19,455 bases of DNA from Elusimicrobiota bacterium (GTDB lineage: Bacteria; Elusimicrobiota; Elusimicrobia; Elusimicrobiales; UBA9959): positions 1-19,455 of the forward strand of contig JAINCQ010000008.1 of the NCBI GenBank assembly GCA_036574205.1, given 5' to 3'. Within the stretch, counting starts at the first letter, position 1. The number at the start of each line of letters is the position of its first letter. The position numbers and the translations under genes were made by a program. Below the pieces are notes generated by a model, which was not told where the DNA came from, searched no databases, and saw only the letters and a list, made by a program, of their open reading frames with translations. Positions 14,822 to 19,455 of the stretch are shown piece after piece.

Positions 14822-17002
14822 ATGATAAATAAGCTATATATTAAAATTTATGGGATGAGCTGTGTTAGTTGTTCAAAAACAATAGAAAATTATTTAAAAG
14901 AAAAGAAAGGTATTTTAGAAATAAATATTAACTTTACAATTCAAAAGGGATATGTTGTGTATGATGATGAGCTGATAAATAGGTTTGAGATAATAAGTTT
15001 GATAAATAGTCTTGGATATGATGCAAAAATTGAGATTGATGAAAATTTTGAAAAAATAAAAATAAAGAGGTTTAAGATAAAACTTTTTCTAACAATACTT
15101 TTTGCTATTTTACTTTTTCCGTTTTCTATGGGACATCATATAGGTATTCATCTGCCGGTTTTTCTTCATCACAACAAGCATTGGCTTGAGTTTATCTTTA
15201 CGACATTAATTGTTACCCTTGGATATAATTTTTTTCAAAGCGGAATTATAAATTCAATAAAGACAAAAACTTTGAATATGGATACCCTTATCTCAGTAGG
15301 GGTAATTTCTTCTTATTCATATAGCCTTTTAATGCTTATTGAGAAGAAATATGATTTATTATTTTTTGAAACAGCTGCTTATATAATAACCTTTGTTTCA
15401 ATTGGAAAGTTTTTAGAGCAAAAGTATAGAAATTCCGCTACCAGTATGCTTGAAAGTATTTTCAGATTAAAACCTCGTAAGGCAACTATTGTAAAAGGTG
15501 AGAAACAGATAATAGTTGATACTGACACAATAAAGGAAGGGGATATTATAGTTGTAAAAGCAGGGGAAAAAATACCGGTGGATGTTGTTGTTGTAGAAGG
15601 AGGGGGTACATGTGATGAGTCTTTTATTACTGGTGAGGCTATAGGGGTTGAAAAAGTAAAAGGTGATGAGGTTAAAGCAGGAGCAATAAATCTAAGTGGT
15701 TATATGAAGATTAGAGCTATATGTAGTGGTACTAATTCTTTTTTAGACAGTATAATAAAAACTCTTGAAAATACACATAGTAAAAAGTTAAAAATTCAAA
15801 ATCTAGCAGATAAAGTATCAGCTTATTTTATTCCATCTGTTATGATTGTGGCTTTTATGTCTTTTGTTTATTGGTATTTAAGTGGGATGGGGTTTAGATT
15901 TTCGTTTGAGATCTTTATAAGTGTATTAATTGTGTCATGCCCATGTGCTTTAGGGCTTTCTGTGCCAGTTGCTATTTCAGTTGCTCTGGCAAGATTTGCC
16001 AGGGAAAGTATTTTAATAAAAAATCCTGGCGTAATTGACTTGATTAATAATGTTGATACAGTTATTTTTGATAAAACCGGTACATTAACAAAATCAAAAC
16101 TCTTTGTTTCAAAGATATACTCCATCATCTCTGAGGAAGAGTTTCTAAGGATAATTGCTTCTATCGAAAAATATTCAAATCATCCTGTGGCAAAAGCAAT
16201 AAGATTAAAGGTGGAAGAGAATAAATCTATTTTATATGAAGCAGTAGAGTTTAAGAATTTTGAAGGTAGAGGGGTTGTGGCTAAGATAGGTAGTAAAAGG
16301 TATTTTGCTGGGAATAAAAGATTTATGATGGAAAATAAAATTAAATTTGATGATAAAGTGATTGTGAAAATAGAAAACTTACAAAATGAGTTTAAGACGA
16401 TAGTTTATCTTGCCGATGAAGAAAAAACTTTAGGATTTGTGGTGGTGGAAGATGAAATAAGAGAAAATGCAAAAGAGGTTATTGAGTATTTTAAAAAGAC
16501 AGGTAAGGATGTAATAATGATAAGTGGGGATAATAAACAGCATTGTAAATTTATAGCTGAAAATCTCGGGATAAATCAATATTATTGTGAGGTTTTACCT
16601 CAAGAAAAAATGAAAAAAATAAATGAGTTAAAGTCCAAAGGAAAAGTAGTTTGTATGATTGGTGATGGGATAAATGATGCTCCTGCATTAAAAGAAAGTG
16701 ACATTGCTATTTCCTTTAAAAGCGCAACTGATATTGCATTTGAAACTGCAGACATTATACTTCTTAACGATAGGATTATTGATATTGTGAAGATATTTGA
16801 GTTTTTAAAGTATCTGAACAGAAAGGTAAAACAGAATTTGTTATGGGCATTTTTATATAATGCTACCTTAATTCCAGTTGCCTGTGGATTGTTTTATAAA
16901 TCAATGGGAATTATAGTAAAACCATATTTTGCATCATTAGCTATGAGTTTAAGTTCTATTACAGTTATATTAAATTCCTTTTCAATCCTCAAGAAAAAAT
17001 GA
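14822..17002 (+). CDS. copA: P1B-type copper-translocating ATPase
   Basis: N-terminal HMA GMSCVSC, TGE, CPCALGL, DKTGT, HP, GDGINDAP, and transmembrane YN and MSLSS motifs typical of P1B-1 Cu+ ATPases. Confidence 0.95.
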   Translation: MINKLYIKIYGMSCVSCSKTIENYLKEKKGILEININFTIQKGYVVYDDELINRFEIISLINSLGYDAKIEIDENFEKIKIKRFKIKLFLTILFAILLFPFSMGHHIGIHLPVFLHHNKHWLEFIFTTLIVTLGYNFFQSGIINSIKTKTLNMDTLISVGVISSYSYSLLMLIEKKYDLLFFETAAYIITFVSIGKFLEQKYRNSATSMLESIFRLKPRKATIVKGEKQIIVDTDTIKEGDIIVVKAGEKIPVDVVVVEGGGTCDESFITGEAIGVEKVKGDEVKAGAINLSGYMKIRAICSGTNSFLDSIIKTLENTHSKKLKIQNLADKVSAYFIPSVMIVAFMSFVYWYLSGMGFRFSFEIFISVLIVSCPCALGLSVPVAISVALARFARESILIKNPGVIDLINNVDTVIFDKTGTLTKSKLFVSKIYSIISEEEFLRIIASIEKYSNHPVAKAIRLKVEENKSILYEAVEFKNFEGRGVVAKIGSKRYFAGNKRFMMENKIKFDDKVIVKIENLQNEFKTIVYLADEEKTLGFVVVEDEIRENAKEVIEYFKKTGKDVIMISGDNKQHCKFIAENLGINQYYCEVLPQEKMKKINELKSKGKVVCMIGDGINDAPALKESDIAISFKSATDIAFETADIILLNDRIIDIVKIFEFLKYLNRKVKQNLLWAFLYNATLIPVACGLFYKSMGIIVKPYFASLAMSLSSITVILNSFSILKKK

Positions 17003-17062
17003 AAAAATAAATTAACTATTCTATGATTTTTAATTTTAATTGATCTATATATGTTGAGATTG

Positions 17063-17371
17063 TTATTTTATCATTACTAAAAGCAATTTTAATTTTTTAG
17101 TTGCTTTAACTGAATGAGGTTTATTTGCTGGCATTATTATAAAATCACCTTTTTTAAGTTTGTATAACTTTGATGAAATAGATATTTCAGCTTCTCCATC
17201 AACTATATAAACAAAAGCGTCATATGGTGAGGTATGAGGGGATAAAGACTGGTCTTTATCAAAAGCAAAAAGAGTTATTGTCCCTTTTTTTTTGTTTATT
17301 ATGGTATTACTTACAATATTTAATTTCTGATATTTTGTAAGCTCTTTTAATTTTATTATTTTATGTTCCAT
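17063..17371 (-). CDS. cupin-domain protein
   Basis: TLFAFDKDQSLSPHTSPYDA...GEAEI...GDFIIMPANKPHSV; SD AAGGA. Confidence 0.88.
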   Translation of the reverse strand: MEHKIIKLKELTKYQKLNIVSNTIINKKKGTITLFAFDKDQSLSPHTSPYDAFVYIVDGEAEISISSKLYKLKKGDFIIMPANKPHSVKATKKLKLLLVMIK

Positions 17372-17385
17372 ACTATTATCCTTTA

Positions 17386-17425
17386 CCCCCCTGCTTCATT
17401 TCTTAAGCAGGGGGGGGTTTTTTTT
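17386..17425 (+). terminator. strong stem-loop with a T-tract on the + strand, between hcp and the cupin gene
   Basis: CCCCCCTGCTT (17386-17396), 8-nt loop, AAGCAGGGGGG (17405-17415), then GG and T8 (17418-17425). Confidence 0.65.
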
Positions 17426-19046
17426 ATTTTACAAGTATTTCTTCCAGATCTTTTTCAGGTGTATTTATTGTTTTTATATTAAACTTTTCAACGAGTATGT
17501 TTAGTAAGTTTGGAGTTATAAAGGCTGGAAGTGATGGACCAAGTCTTATATTTTTAATTCCTAGATAAAGCAGGGTTAATAGTATACAGACTGCTTTCTG
17601 TTCATACCATGAAAGTACCAGAGAAAGCGGTAGTTCATTTACTGGTTTATTAAATACCTTTGAAAGAGCAAGTGCAATCTGAATAGCTGAATAAGCATCA
17701 TTACATTGACCTATATCAAGAAGTCTTGGGATGCCATCAATTTCTCCAAGGTCCAGTTTGTTAAACCTGAATTTTCCACAGGCAAGCGTTAAGATAATAC
17801 TATCTTTTGGTGTTTTTTCAACAAACTCGGTATAATAGTTTCTTCAAGGTTTTGCACCATCACATCCACCAACTAAAAAGAAATGTTTTATTTTACCTTT
17901 TTTAACATAATCTACTATAGTTTGGGCTGTATTTAAAACTGCTTGTCGTGCAAATCCAACTGTTATATACTTTGCTTCCTCATCTTTTTCAAATCCTTTT
18001 TCTCTTAGAGCTGCTTCTATAAGCGGTGTAAAATCTTTATTTGATATATGTTTTACCCCGGGCCATTGTACAAGACCTGTGGTAAACATTCTGTTTTCAT
18101 ATCCTTTTGGATCTTGCAAACAATTTGTTGTCATTAATATTGCCCCTGGAAATTTCTTAAATTCTTTTTGCTGATCTTGCCATGCTCCGCCGTAGTTACC
18201 CACAAGATGTTTATATTTTTTTAGTTTGGGATATCCATGAGCAGGAAGCATTTCACCATGGGTATATATATTAATTCCTTTTCCCTCTGTCTGTTTTAAA
18301 AGTTCTTCAAGGTCCTTTAAATCATGACCACTTATAAGAATAGCTTTTCCTTTAACTGGGGTTATTCTTACTTTTGTTGGTGTTGGATGTCCGTAGCGTG
18401 TTGTATGAGCCTCATCAAGCATTTCCATTATCCTTAAATTAATTTCTCCACATTTAAGATTATAATTGAACAATTCATCTAATTTATATTTTTTGTTTGT
18501 TAGATAAGAAAGTGCTTCATGAAAGAAATCAAATACTTTTTCATCAGTTTTACCTAATATCATAGCATGGTCTGCATAAGCTGCGGTGCCTTTAAGACCA
18601 TATGTTAAAAGTTCTTTCAATCCTGTAATATCATCTCCATATTCTTTTTTGCTTTGAACAATTCCAACTTTTGAGGCAAAAGATATTAAATCTGAAAGAT
18701 TTGATTGTGGAATCCATTTTGCTTCTTCAGCTTCCTGTTCATTTGGATAAAGTCTATCATATTCCTTTTTAAGCTTTTCCTTTATCTTTTTCCCTTCATA
18801 AATTTTTTCTCTTATTGTCTGTGGATCAAAGTTTACATTTGTAACTGTTGTAAAAAGAGACTCTATCACATATATATCAGCTTCTTTTGTTTGTAATCCT
18901 TTTTTTCTGAGTCTATGAGCATAATAAGATACCCCTTTTGTTTGATATACAAGCAGATCCTGCATGAGTGAGGTTTGTGGGTCCTTTCCACATATGCCAG
19001 TAACATCACACCCTTGATTGTTTTTAGCTTGCTCACATTGATAACA
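17424..19046 (-). pseudogene. hcp: hybrid cluster protein (hydroxylamine/NO reductase), disrupted by a nonsense codon and an IS at its 5' end
   Basis: One frame from CYQCEQAKNNQGCDVTGICGKD (19046, upstream of the track start) through SGHDL, YTHGEMLPAH, TTNC and GGCDGAKP*RNYY (TGA at 17846-17844), then LACGK, GQCND and SWYEQKA to TAA 17426-17424. The initiator codon is replaced by IS sequence. Confidence 0.93.
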
Positions 19047-19078
19047 GGGTAGTTTATAATATTGTGTGTAATTTTATA

Positions 19079-19150
19079 TTGACAAGATAATAAAAAAGGG
19101 CTATTCTCCTTATATAGAAACAAAAACTACAAAAAAAAGGAGGAATAGCC
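19079..19150 (+). promoter_or_regulatory. transposase promoter plus SD-sequestering inverted repeat
   Basis: TTGACA (19079-19084), 17 nt, TATTCT (19102-19107). GGCTATTCTCCTT (19099-19111) pairs with AAGGAGGAATAGCC (19137-19150) with one bulge. Confidence 0.7.
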
Positions 19151-19152
19151 TT

Positions 19153-19455
19153 ATGAATAGTATAACAAAAATAGAGGAGATAGAGAAGGGGAAATTAGCG
19201 AGGGAATGGCTTAAGGGTTTAGATGATGAATTTGATAAGGAACTGAGGCGGGAGACTGTGATAGGGTTAAAGAAGCTAATAGAAACCAGTCTTGAGGTGG
19301 AGGTTGTGGATTTAATAGGAAGTGATAAATGGGAGCACAATCCCAATAGGAAGACATATCGTAATGGCTATTATCAGCGTAATTTACTTACGAGCATGGG
19401 GTATATAGCGGGGATAAATGTTCCCCGTGTAAGGGAAGGCAGGATAAATTGGAAG
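19153..19455 (+). CDS. IS256-family (mutator-like) transposase, N-terminal 101 codons, runs off the window
   Basis: MNSITKIEEIEKG...LIETSLEVEVVDLIG...RKTYRNGYYQRNLLTSMGYIAGINVPRVREG; the RNGYYxRxLxTxxG...VPRxR signature is characteristic of IS256 transposases. SD AGGAGG. Not in the ORF track. Confidence 0.9.
   Translation, partial: MNSITKIEEIEKGKLAREWLKGLDDEFDKELRRETVIGLKKLIETSLEVEVVDLIGSDKWEHNPNRKTYRNGYYQRNLLTSMGYIAGINVPRVREGRINWK

Larger units (their letters stand above)
19047..19455 (+). mobile_element. IS256-family insertion sequence, left part
   Basis: hcp similarity stops abruptly at 19046, followed by GGGTAGTTTATAATATTGTGTG (putative left end, +/-1 nt), a promoter, an SD and an IS256-type transposase. 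The right end is outside the window. Confidence 0.85.

Noticed and set aside
15868..16128. Minus-strand 86-aa ORF
   Set aside because: Antisense to the conserved CPC/DKTGT core of copA.
17844..17846. TGA as Gly (genetic code 25), Trp or selenocysteine readthrough in hcp
   Set aside because: TGA is a genuine stop for many intact genes here, including ATGA-coupled junctions (1313-1315, 14324-14326). The aligned residue is Gly, not Cys, and no convincing SECIS-like hairpin follows. The gene is independently disrupted by an IS.
18705..19346. ORFs 18705-18896 (+), 18866-19123 (-) and 19110-19346 (-)
   Set aside because: Antisense or off-frame to hcp and the IS256 transposase; 18866-19123 spans the IS junction in a non-hcp frame.
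1..19455. CRISPR array, tRNA/rRNA, prophage structural genes or site-specific integrase
   Set aside because: No regularly spaced repeats, cloverleaf or rRNA-like sequence, or phage hallmark genes were seen; intergenic gaps are short and explained by other features.

Overview
AT-rich bacterial chromosomal window using the standard genetic code; the taxon cannot be assigned from sequence alone. (1) 1-3360: the degenerate, truncated 3' end of an EF-Tu (tuf) domain II coding sequence, then a translationally coupled three-gene module (MoxR-like AAA+ ATPase, small SWIM zinc-finger protein, HExxH metallopeptidase-like/vWA-MIDAS protein), then an internally deleted IS481-family remnant carrying a 27-bp in-frame palindromic micro-insertion. 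(2) 3.4-12.8 kb: mixed housekeeping and envelope genes (PLP aminotransferase, OsmC-like, DUF6498-like membrane protein, lipoprotein, DUF4105/Lnb-like protein, ornithine carbamoyltransferase, GH13 amylase, OPT transporter, ZIP transporter). (3) 12.9-17.0 kb: a divergent copper locus with csoR, a frameshifted copZ missed by the ORF track, an exported YHS + cytochrome b5-like fusion and a nitroreductase on the minus strand, and copA on the plus strand. It has back-to-back consensus promoters, two CsoR-type operators and a candidate 48-aa CxxC leader ORF. (4) 17.1-19.5 kb: a cupin gene and an hcp (hybrid cluster protein) gene hit twice, by an in-frame TGA and by an IS256-family element sitting where its start codon should be. 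Several genes look leaderless (-10 box, 6 nt, ATG). The best candidates for undescribed biology are the tuf-fragment/AAA/SWIM/peptidase-vWA module and the YHS-cytochrome b5 fusion in the CsoR regulon. All family calls come from motif recognition by eye; no database searches were run.
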